This document shows, piece by piece, positions 1 to 12,011 of a DNA stretch of 64,000 nucleotides. A model generated the notes under the pieces. The model had not been told where the DNA came from and ran no database searches. It saw nothing but the letters and a program-made list of their open reading frames with translations. How positions within the stretch are numbered: the first letter of the stretch is position 1; the number at the start of each line of letters is the position of its first letter. The stretch is taken from the NCBI GenBank assembly GCA_965649765.1, contig OZ287749.1, positions 51,522,001 through 51,586,000 on the forward strand, read 5' to 3'. Made by a program: the position numbers and the translations under genes. The DNA comes from Bispira polyomma. Taxonomy: Eukaryota.

Positions 1-111
1 TGTTTGGGTTAGTCTGTTAGTGAAGGTATAGGAAGCCATGGGTTTTTCAGGCAAATTACCTACTTATTATATTCAATATACTTCTAGTTTCTGTGGCCAA
101 TCGACAGAGCT

Positions 112-370
112 GTCTGTGGCCCAGCGTTTAGAATGTCTAACTTTGGATTTGAGGGTCTAGGTTAGAGCCTCGCTGTAGGCCAGGGCCTGAATTCACAAAG
201 AGACTTAGTGAAGTCTTGGGTTTAAATCAGTATACTTTTGTGTTAGATTTAAGCCTAAGACTTGGCTAAGTCCCTTTATGAATATTGGCCCTGGAGATTG
301 TACCATTGGACAAGGTACTTCACACAAAGTTGGCCCTCTTCACCCAGGTCTATACATGGGTATCTGGCTG
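112..370 (+). mobile_element. Degenerate tRNA-derived SINE (CORE-like) interrupted by a MITE
   Basis: Decayed A-box-like head TGTGGCCCAGCGTTTAG; after the MITE, CORE-like TTGGACAAGGTACTT...CACCCAGGTCTATACATGGGTA. Confidence 0.45.
181..293. mobile_element. Palindromic Harbinger/Tourist-like MITE
   Basis: CAGGGCCTGAATTCACAAAGAGACTTAG...CTAAGTCCCTTTATGAATATTGGCCCTG, inverted over almost its full length; related ends at 17100-17283, 18819-19039, 26564-26768, 59548-59620. Confidence 0.65.
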
Positions 371-728
371 CTAATGTAATAATAATAGAAGCATTTTTAA
401 AGCTCAAAATTGATAGTCGGTGTCAGTTTGTGTGCCGCATGTGGCAGCATGGCTAGTATTCTCCCTTAGGGAACTGAGAGTGAACAATTGGTTGACATTT
501 GGAAGAACCCAGGCTGTAAACTGCATCAATTTTTTTTTCCATTTATGGGTGTGACACATTGCCAATAGTTTATAGCAGTAACAGGCAAATAGATTTATGT
601 TTATGTTACAACATGTTTTTGATTCCTTGCCAAAAAAAGTGAGGTATCACATGCTAAAGGATTTTAAAGTAGTATTTATAGTATTTTATAACATTTAAAG
701 ATTCATTCCAGATTAAACTTTGTGACAG

Positions 729-3700
729 ATGTCAGAAGCTGGAGAAGTTGAAAACGGCTAGCAAGGAGTTGCGTCCAATTGTCACAGAGGAGCCCTGGCA
801 GGTTTGCTGTCCAAAATTTATTCTTACTTATTTTTGACATTAAGGTTTATTGATCTTTCAATATTTTCACTATATTTATTTAATAATAAGTTAGTATGTT
901 TTATTAGCCAGCAGTTATGCTACTTGTATAGCTGGACAAAATATCCATAGTTTTATCCATGGACAAAGTCAGGGATACAGTAGTTTAATCTCATTGCGCC
1001 GATGGGCAAGGACAGGAAGCCTATGCATTTTTTACCTTGAGCTTCCATTTCAAGGTCAATGATAACCATTTTGCCATTTGTAGGTTTTTTGCGCACATTT
1101 TGGCCCTATTCTCCCATATGATAGTTGGATGTTCTTATGAATAATATTTTGAATACATATAAATGTCCTTTATAAATTGACAGAAATTTGACCTTGAAGC
1201 TCTTCTTTAAAGGTCAGCCATGGAATCATCCATAGAGTGTTACTTTAAGTCTAAAAGTAATTTATGGTAGACATTTAAAAAAAATTCCAATGATGATTTC
1301 CTAAGAATATTTTTCGTATCCCAAACTTGTAGGACTGAGTGAGATTTCATGCAAATTCAGGTGTTATTTGTACACCGAAAAGTCACATTTGGAACCATAA
1401 GGAGGGCTATGAACTAACCATGATATAAATGTTCAAGGTAAGTGGCCAGCAATCCAATGTGAGTTAGTCATTCACAGTTAATCTGAATGACCTTCAACAA
1501 TCCAGGTTTAAGTCGTTTAACCATTCACATTATGCAAAATATCTTATAATTTATAAGTACTAATCATAAATCATTTGTGGTTTTTCTTGAAGATCATTGG
1601 AATTGATCTCACAGGGCCACTCTCCGAAACAGAAGACGGCAACAAACACATTTTCACAGCAACAGACCTTTTTAGCAAGTTTGTCTGGGCAACGCCCGTA
1701 AAGACAAAAACTGCTCAGGAGGTATCCATGGTAATTGAGGACCTCCTGTGTACTTTTGGCCCTCCAAAGAAGATCATAACTGATAATGGAAAAGAATTTG
1801 TTAACAAGGTATTTTATGCCACACCTATTAATGGCAGTTGGGATTCTCTTAGTCCTTTGTGAATGATGCAATGGATATTCTTGTTAGTGTTAGTAGGTAG
1901 GTGGTATCACTGGAATTTTTGCAAAGAAACATCTAAATTGTTTTTTTTTAAACAAAACAATCTCAGTGGTCAGCATACCTGCAAGCCAATGTGATTTACT
2001 TCTCCACAGCTAATCTGAGTGGCCTAATCTGAATGCTGTTATTATTATAGTTAGCTACAAACACATTTTCTCTTCCCTCCCAATACTGTAAGTGTCTAAG
2101 CTTTAAGATGATGTAACACTCTCTATGGTGGTTTAATTTATATTACAAATTAATGTAACAATACAGAGCTATTTCAGATTAGTGAAGACATGCACAAAAA
2201 AATGGGGTGTTAAGCACTCAGTGATTGCGCCTTACTTTCCAGAAGGAAATGGGCAAGATGAACGAACAAATGGGAATATAAAGACGATTCTCACCAAGTA
2301 TGTCAATGAGTAAGTGGATTTTGTCAATGAGCAAAGTGATTTGATAAAGCAAGACAGTGGTGGAAATAGGATCTCAAAGTTTTAATTGGTCAATCGAAAC
2401 ATTTTTAAACCGATTAATTAAATCGATTCAGTTTCTCTGAAAAATGCATTTTCCAGCGAATTATTCCATTGTCATGTACAAGTAAGGATATGGTACAAGT
2501 TATTGTAGTTGTACAAATCATGACATGTACGATCCTTTTATTTAGGAATGCTTATTTAATTAATCTCATTTTTAACAGATAATTTAAAATATTAATTATA
2601 TTTTTTTTTATGAAATTGACTTGTTTCCTGTGGCACTTTTTGATGGAAGTGTTATGTTAACAGTTTTATTTTAAAAAGAGAGGCATTATACTATTAGAAC
2701 AAATTAGGTCCCTTTATAATGTATTTTAGATTTAAAACTGTCTTATATCTAATAAAAACAATCTTATTACAGCCATCAAACAGATTGGGACAAATATGTC
2801 AAGAGGGTCGTCTATGGAATTAATACGTCATACCAAGAAACCATCAAGAGGACTCGTTTCTCGGTGTGCCATATATTTCTATAATTAATTGAGATTTTTA
2901 CTGGTGATATCAAAAGCATCCACTTACGCACTAATGTGCAATGAGAGGGATTTGTTCCTATCTTGTTTCAATTGTTGGGATGGGTAGTTACGCGGACAAT
3001 TAGTGAAAAGTTAAAGTTATAAAGTGTTTGTTGTGGTTGTTGCAAGCACCACAATAATTTCTCAGCTAACTGCACTGAAAATTAATTTTATGGTTATAGT
3101 GGAGTATAAATTTATAATTTAGATTAGCCCTTAATCATTTAGTTGAAGTTTAAAATGTGAACAGAAATTATTTATCTTTTTCAATGAAAGCTTACTTTTA
3201 GTTTTACATTGGGACATATGTTTAAAAACAAACATTAAATATATAAGGTATTGAACTTAAAATAAAAGCTTTAGCTGTATATATATATATATTTATATAA
3301 TTTTAATATTGTTTATAAATTTTTAGTGTTTTACTTCTTTTAGGTAATGTTCCAAAGGGATATTTTACCGCCGATGTATATGAACATCTTAAATGATATA
3401 GAGTTTCAGGAAACAATTCAGAATCTGGAAGAGGTATACTTTCAGTTTATGATCATAGTGGAAGATCTCTATAATAATATGCAATGGTGTTTAACAGTTA
3501 CGGGCGTCATAGCACATTGTATTTGGTATTTGTGAAAAGCTAGGGCTCTAGAAACAACTATTCTGATGATAATTTTTTCTCACTTCAGGTTTTATATTAA
3601 TTTTGTGGACCATTTAAAAATTTGGACCCTTTACTGCACCCAGTGTTGTTGTAGTGAACTACCGTTATTCTAAAATCTATTATTTTATTAAATTCTATCT

Positions 3701-6700
3701 TTTAAAAGTAGGTCATACCTATGTGTTGTGGTATGGTTGCAAATATATGTTTTTGGTTTTTTTTATTTCAGTTCAGGTAATGTTTTTCCAGTCACTCCAT
3801 GCCACATAAAATTGATACTGTTATGCCGCCATTTCCCTTTTCCACTTCTACTACAATGGCACGTTACAGCAATGTCATAAAGACGTGGATTTTGCAGCTA
3901 CATCACAGCTTACGTCAGCAAATACCAGTTCCCATATAAGATATTAAACTTCAAGTCCACAAAATCAAAAAATAATATCAATATCTTAGCTATTTTGATG
4001 CAACATATTTTTTGTGAGAGTCAATATCTCCCTAACACAAAAGACTAGTTAACAATATTGTAATTTGACTGTAAAGATAAAGATTATTCTACAAGTATAA
4101 ATTGTATATTTGGACATTTCAGCAGGAGGAAAACTGCACACAGATGTTCACTAATGGTCCAGCCAACAGAGAAGTGAGTCACAATGTAGACATTTGATTA
4201 CTAATGGGAAAACTATTGTAAAGTATGAGCAGGGAATCTTTTGATGTGTTCAGATTTGATCTTGGGCCTCTCCTTCAAGGTCAAACAGGGATGGCCAAAC
4301 TTAAAACTGCCTATATCTCACTTATTAGTGGTCTTACAGGTTTGGGGTGTCAAACCAGCCTGTTATAATATCTTGGGCTGGTAATCTTTTGCTGTGGTCA
4401 GATTTAACCTTTGATCCCTCTTGCAAGGTCAAACGGGTAGGTAAAACTTGAAACTGCCTATCTCACACTTATTATTGGTCCCAAGGTGAACCCAATTGTG
4501 CCATCTAAGGCTTTAGCATAAATGCCCTATAGGAAATCATAGGCTTCTAGCTTGGGTGCTAGCTAGGGTGCTTGCTATCTAGGGTGCTTTGTCTTTCTGG
4601 TGGATACTAATATGCATTGGTTCTCCGATGCGCTAGGTCTAGTTATAGTTTGGAATAGATTAGGAGAGTAGAATAAACTCTGGTTTAGGAGTATATAATA
4701 AGCTGGTGTGTACAGACTTCCCCTGTTGGGGGGGGGGGGGGGGGAATATTGTATAAAAATGTTACCATTTATAACTGACAAATGTATTACAATTTCAGAA
4801 TCAATTGCAGGATCACACCTATAGCAAGGGCTCTGAAATTTCGACAGATAACCAGCCCAAAAATGATACGGTGGACCCTTTGTACAAGGAGGTGAATAAG
4901 AGGCAATTTTAAAACAGTTTATCCCCAGTTTAATTCATTAGTATCACTAAAATATGGTAAAAACTTTCATAGTTTTCATAATTGTAAATAAATAATTTTC
5001 ATTATTGTAAAAAAATAGTTAATTTTCACAATTTAAAATAAATAGAAATATTTCACTATTTGAGGTTACTGAGAGCTCTTTGTGGCCTAACATTCGTCAT
5101 AAAAAATCAGAAATCACTGCCATCATCGTGGCAGTCGTTTAAATTACTGCAATTCTCGGAGGTGGGCGAACACAAAGTAATTAACTTGCCCTGTTTTAAC
5201 TGCTATTATAGGTACGGGAATGTATAGCTAAAGCACAGCTAAAGCAGAAGTCAACCTATGATCGAAATTCTGCAAGCAACTGTGCTGTGTTTGACTTCGA
5301 AATGGGACAAGAAGTTCTTAAAAGAAATTTAAAAAAAATAGGAAGAAAAGGTAAAAATGTAAATATATGAATAAAAGATATCTATAAGTGTTAAAAATAC
5401 ATTTAATATTTATTGAGCCTGAACTCATCCCCTTTCACTAGATTTACTTTCTAATGATTTTTGTGAGGATGGCTTTCTCCATGGGTAGTTCAACAATCTG
5501 TTCTATCCTCGGTCAATTACAACATTCAGTATATGTTAGATACAGGTTAAATAAACTTCTTTTTCCTTCTCAAACTAAATTTCTGACTTTGCTTTCTACT
5601 AGTGGGTAAATCATTTATCGATATCAGCAATATTTATTGTTTGGGCTTTTGGTTGCCGATATTGATGTATCTATAATACCAACACATTGATATCATAAAT
5701 GACACATATTTCACCATGGAATAACATTTTTACAATAATACCTTTTAAACAATGCATAAGAAACATTTTATGTCCATTTTTATTTGTTTATTGCTTATCG
5801 ATATATATTTGAAGTTTGCCCAATCATATTCCTGTAAAATATGTGAAAATACAACCTTCATTGTTGTTAGGGTTATATAAAATGCATTTACAAAAATATA
5901 GTTTCTATTTATATACAGCTGCCGCAGATTTTGAGTAGTGGGCGTTGACCGCTACCTAGTGACTGGGTCACTATTGCAGTAACTTGCTTTATCGCAGATT
6001 TGAGGAATTTGTATTGTTGCCCACTGAAGACGGGCCCTATAGCGACCGTGTTGTCAGTATTGGTTGACTCGCAAATTTCGGGATATTGTAGGCGCATGCG
6101 CAGTCTTTACAAATGGAGTCGCCAGATTCTCATCTTGTTCTTAAATATTATTTGAAATATTGTTGTGAACGAAATTATAATAGATTTTGAAAACAATTAC
6201 TTATATCTATGAAGTTTGTCGACTAATATGCAGTAAAATATTCTTTATTATTAGGATTCTAGGAAATGGCATTTGCAAATTTAGTGTTTAAGGTAATATA
6301 TTATACAGCTGTAAGCGAAATGTCATTTTACCACACTGTAACTACGCTTTGGGTACTTGTATCAGATACTGCTAGCTATCAATTTGGCCCCCTGGTGACT
6401 GTGACTGTAACTAGCAACTGTACACTGTTTTCGTTTTTGATTTAAAGTAGACGAACGATATTTCTATTTTTTACTAATAAAAATTGCCATTTTAGATATT
6501 TAAAAAAAATTGTTTAGGATGCTCCTGGATACCCCATGCATTGCCTATACTTGCATATCTAGAAAGGCAGTGTGATTTTCATGCATATCCATATACATGC
6601 AATCGAAGATATCGTGACTGACTGCTTCTTTATCAGACATTTTGCCCATGAGTTGTATGTGCATTTTGATAGAAAGCTCTGATATGCGGCCACTGAGGCG

Positions 6701-9477
6701 CTTTTTTTTATTTCTTTAATTTAGGTGGCAAATTAGAATTTGACTGGTTGGGACCCAATGTCATTGGTGACATATTAAAGAATGGCCATGGTGGCAAAAA
6801 ATGGGGTGCCACTGAAATCCAAAGTAAACTCAAAACATCTAAAACCATACAGAAGGTATAACACATCATGTTTTACACCTTATTAGCAGTAAAAAATAAT
6901 TATTGTACCACAGGGTGTCTCAAAGATGTTAAAAGGTAACATCAGATTATTAGTATTTTTTGTAACGTTATTGCTGTGAGTGTATATATCTAAATCATAA
7001 AGAAGTTGGTTTATATAAGTAAATAGAAACTACAATACACCTGTATATTGTCACAGATTTTGTCCTGACAAGATAGTGCAGTAATAGTTCTCATTCTTCC
7101 AAAGAGCACAGTAACATTAATGGTTTGTTGCATATAACAGTATTAAAGTAATTAACAATTGATGGGATGCTGTGATTGTTCTAAGTGACTTTACCTAAAA
7201 TGGATTTGATCTAGAAAAGAATCTGAAGTAGAAGTAGAAGTCACAAAAATTGAAATGCCGCCCCACAGAAAATCGCCCAAGCCTTGTGCTGTGCCAAAGG
7301 GGACTACTGGACATGAGCACTTTTTGATACCATTGCTAATGGTAAAATATATATTTAAGCAATGATTCATACAATTTTTCAGAAAAAATATTAATTTTCA
7401 TCATGACTGCCAACAATACCCTCCTCATTGAAAAAATGTTCATTTATACACTGGTGTCTTACTTTACTCTATTGCATATGACCTTTGAAGAGTATACAGT
7501 ATTAATTTTGCCCATAATTGATTGAACCATCAATGATTCTAGAAAATTTTTTAAATTAAGCTATGTTATAGTTTTATGTATTGGATGTTTCGCTGTACAT
7601 GTATTTCTTTTATCAAATTGATATGTTCTATTAAATCTTTCGGTTTGAGTTTTCCCCAACCATTTTTTTTACTTATCAAAGTAATTGTTACTGTGAGGTT
7701 TTCTGCGAAGCCTTATATGATCTATATTTTATGATAAGGCAATAACTTTTCCAGGTAGGTACTTCATGGTAAGTCACGCAAAATATTAGATTGGCCACCA
7801 ATTAGCTGGCCAGTCAAACAAATTTAGTCAGCATTGTTGCTACCAAAGATTCTCAAGTATATTAAATACAATTTCGCTACCAGCAACTCCACAAATGATT
7901 ACAGACCTCATTCAATTGTTTTAATTGTTAACAATGTTTTAATTCTTGATGGAATATATATTTTGTCGAACCACCACACATTTGTTTTGATAAGAATTTT
8001 TTCTGGGAATATATTTCAGTTGCCATGAAGTACAAGCCTGTTTTGCAGATAATAGGAGATTCTTCTGTACTTTCCCCTTTATAGGTGAATGGCTGCAAGA
8101 TGTACACATTGACTTTGCCCTGACACTGTTATCAAAACAGTTCCCAGAGATGGAAATGCAGCCAACTACGGTAGTGGCCGCTGGATCATCGGGGCTTTAG
8201 TTGGCACTCCCGAGGGACCCTTTGTCCAACCTATTTTGATCAGCCGCAATCACTGGGTGTGCCTGGCCAACAATGGTGCATCCGGAGTAAAATTATATGA
8301 TTCACTTACTCCATCTGCTGTGGGTAAGAGTTATCTTGAGTCTTTAAGTAAATAATAGCTAATGGTTAAAATATGTTCCATACAGTGAATCTGTGACATT
8401 AGTCTAAAAATTTGGTCCTGGCATTACATGAAAATTTATGAAGTAGAACGAAAGATTGAAGGCCCGTGTGCCTTACAAACTGGCCTATACTATTCTTTTA
8501 TTTTGTCAAAATTCTTGCACATTATCGATTTTGTTGCACTAGGCGGAGCTTAGCTGATCAGCTTCATTTTAAAGTTTTATTGCCATGGGTCTGCATCTGT
8601 GTCAAAATCTTCTTCGAAAGTACAAGTGCTACAGAATTCCTGATTTTGCACTGGTCAGATTTGACCTGATTTTGGAATTATAAAGGTAAATTTCCAGTAT
8701 TTTGTGTCACATGTCAAGAAGTATTACTTGTATGTAATGCCATTCAACTGGCTTGGGTATTTCTTTATCGCCCAATAATCTTAGTGCTAATGCTTTAGGT
8801 CAAACTTGGTTCATAAAGGTTATCAATGAGAAGGAAGCTGCCAATATGCCCGTTCAGGTATTCAGATCTTGTTTTTAGTTTGGAGTATTTTTATTTGATC
8901 AAGTTAAACCTTAAGGTTAGTATATGTACTAACAAGAAGATAAGTAAAATTACACATTTCATTTTCCTCCCTTACAAACTTGACTTATAGTGTTATAGTA
9001 TTTGTATATGTCTAGTATGCGACTGCTTTTGCACTTTTAGATGATGACCTGAAACAGATGATTTCATGGTTGGTCTTGGCTAAGCCGCCAAAGATTACCA
9101 TCGAGTGGCCAGCCATGATGAGACAAAGAGGAGGCAATGACTGTGGCCTCTTTTGCATTGCAGTGGCAACAAGTCTGTGCTTTGGAGAAAATCCTTCTTC
9201 CAAAGAATATCACCAGCAGGCATTGAGGCCCCACCTGATTGACTGTTTCCTTAAGAAGGTGATGGCGCCCTTTCCATCAAGTCAAAAATCAATAGTTCCC
9301 ACCAAACCAAGCATGGAGGTTTCATTTCACGTCTATTGTGTTTGCAGACAGCCACTTCTACCAAATGTGATTATGATAACTTGTGAATTGTGTGGTGAAA
9401 AGTATCACCCCGAGTGCATGTCTGTTCCTCCTGTGGAGGGCTACATATGTGCGTTTTGCAGTCCTTACCCTCTCTAG
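729..9477 (+). pseudogene. Ginger-like (Gypsy-integrase-related) transposase with C-terminal Ulp1/C48 protease and PHD finger; 5' part lies outside the window; frameshifted
   Basis: Hand-spliced GT-AG exons: 729-801 (CQKLEKLK..LRPI..EPWQ), 1593-1808 (IGIDLTGP..IITDNGKEF), 2178-2309 (APYFPEGNGQDERTN; D-35-E spacing after removing one A from the A7 run at 2196-2202), 2773-2863 (DWDKY..GINTS), 3344-3433 (VMFQR), 4123-4173, 4799-4891, 5212-5350 (KAQLKQKSTYD..FEMGQEVL..RKG), 6725-6855 (GKLEFDWLGPN..VNSKHLKPY; frameshift), 7215-7341 (frameshift), 8085-8323 (WLQDVHID..QFP..NHWVCL..LYDSL; frameshift), 9041-9477 (QRGGNDCGLF; PHD YCVC..CELC..YHPEC..CAFC). No gag, RT, RNaseH or LTR seen. Confidence 0.85.
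4226..4642 (+). mobile_element. 5'-truncated Helentron-type non-autonomous element (HINE) in a transposase intron
   Basis: Reverse-complement match to the 62390-62940 element; subTIR GGTGGATAC (4599-4607), hairpin GCATTGG-ttct-CCGATGC, terminal CTAG followed by TT. Confidence 0.75.
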
Positions 9478-12011
9478 TTCTCTTTCTGTTTTTACCCCAC
9501 AGCCTATAAAGGCCACTTCAAGATATGTCACAGCTAACTAGCTAGAGATTCCTGAACGTTTTGCGGTCACTGCACACTTGAATTGAATTATTATTGGTCC
9601 TAGAGAGGTTTTTTATGTGAAATCCACTTGTAGGACAGTGTGGGCTGGTAACGGGTCATATTTGACCGTTCACCTGACCTTTTACCTCGTCATCTTAAAA
9701 AGAAAATGGCCGCTGTTGATGTTATTGTGAAAAATATTTCTGCTAATTTAAAGGAAAAGCATTGCAGTTATCTGCAGCAAATTTAATTGTTATACTTGAA
9801 TGTTACTGTTAAAGTTTTTTTCCATTGAATGAAAATTATAGTGAATTAAGTGAGTTCTTTTATCTGAAAAAGTAATATTATGCCTGTGCATGTATCTAAA
9901 TTAACCTCCTTTAGGATATTCCAGTTGTGGTTAGTCCTATTGATTGGAAAATAAAATTGGTTGTGGGCTTTTACATGAAAGTTAGTTTAGCAGTGTTTCA
10001 CCTTGATTTAATTTTACTGTTGTTAACACGGTTACTGTACATATGACAGGCAATGTATATTTATAAGTATTTTTAATAAGTAAGCTGCTTATGTCCAAAA
10101 GATGGGTTAATATACTTTGGTTTACAAAATACCATTTTGTAGATTTGTACAGGTTTTTGTTAAATCTTGGTTTGTATCTGTTATGATTTTGATGTATAAA
10201 AATATATTTTTTGAAACTGACTATTTTTTTTATTGTAAAAAGTTATTTTTATTCTAAACACTTGTCCTTTATTATCTTTTGTAATCAATATATATTTAAA
10301 TTGTGGTTATTGTTTGCACATGTAAAAATGTAGTGCCTAGTAATTATCAACACAAACTTTGGGGCCAGTATATTTGATCTTGATACCATTATCCCAATGT
10401 ATGACTGGCCTGATCCAATTCTAAAATAAGTAGATTCACATCTATTTTCTGTTCAGTCCAAGATTTGAAAATTATTTCAGATTTCTACAATAATAGAACA
10501 CTCTTAAAAATACTTTTACTGTTTTCACCACAAATTCCACACAAATCAGAATTTGATATTTTTAATTTGTGCATATATTAAGTTCTTGGTTCCATTTTGA
10601 CTGGTTGTTTCTATTGTACGTTCCAGATTGACATAATTTAAGATATACATTTTGTCACCTTTTGTGAAACTGATTATTATTGATTTGTGGAATGGAATAT
10701 ATGTCATAACCACATTCCAATTCACCCCTTTTTGTTACCATTTACATATAAAGTAATGAGTTGTTTTACTGTTTTGTAATTCAGAAAGTTAATGTTTAAC
10801 TTATTATTAAGTTTTTGAATCTTCTAAACTTATTATTTTACCATTTCAATCTAAAATATTCCCTATTGTGTTAATGCCTTTATAGACAAATTTGAAGTAT
10901 AAAGTTTGTTGCTGGAGATGTTTTGTTAAAGCAGATAAATATACAGATGTTTTTCTTGACTGTACATGTTCTATAGATTGATAGTTTAGTGGTTGGTTTT
11001 TAAATCCAAAAAGGCGATATAAATTTGGTTAACATGTGTTTGTAAATAAGCATCCTTTATACTTGCATCATTGCAGTTTTCCAAAGTGATTAAAACTAAA
11101 ATCTTCGGGGTTTTTAATCTACTATAATGGGGTGGGTCTTCTTTTTTTTAATTATTAAGCATAACAGTAATGTTATGTCTGTTTATGTAAATACATGAGG
11201 TTCAAGCTTTATTATATTATTATGCTGTTTATTGTTTAACCTATCTCTGTAAATAAATACCATTTCACTCTCTGTACCATTTAAGTAATCTATTGAAATT
11301 GTACCATTTCATTAACTTATGGAAATAGTTTAAATATTATTTCAATATTTGCCTTAATATAACCAAAAAAGTGATTTGCAACTCATTGTTGTCAATATTT
11401 TGATTGTAATTTTTTGTGTGATTTGCTTATTAGAAATAATATTATAATACCACCTTGTATAATACATTTAAGGTTTTGCATTATATGTAGTGGTGGCAGT
11501 GGCTTTTTTCTAGTTGTTTATCAATATAGCCACATTGAATTATTATTTTTTTAATGCAATACATACTCATGTTTCCTGCCATTAATGGATAATAAAAATG
11601 AATATATGTACAGTCTTTACTTTTTAATTATATTCAGTGGTAAGGCTTAAGCCTATCCAAATGAGGTATGACTTATGACAACAGAAATTTCATATTGCTA
11701 TGTACCTGACTAAATCTTGGCATTTGGTGGATACTTAGTACTATTGTTGACACTTTACTAACTTCTTGGTAGAACTTGTCACAGTTAATATATTGTTAGT
11801 GAGCTACGAAAACCCCCCATAAAACTACATAATAGCCTCTTAAAATACTGCAATGCAAATAATAGCCAAATTGCACACATGTAATTATGTGTCAGCCATT
11901 TTACTGATTTCCAGTTTTGCGGTTAGGTATAGAGGGTAACAATATCTTGTTTGTTACTCTCCTTCCCTATAATAAATGAAAGAATTATCAGCCTTGACTG
12001 TGATAGCAAAG

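Noticed and set aside
1575-1862. LTR retrotransposon interpretation of the integrase ORF
   Set aside because: The integrase is split by multiple GT-AG introns and followed by Ulp1-PHD; no RT, RNaseH, PPT or LTR in the window.
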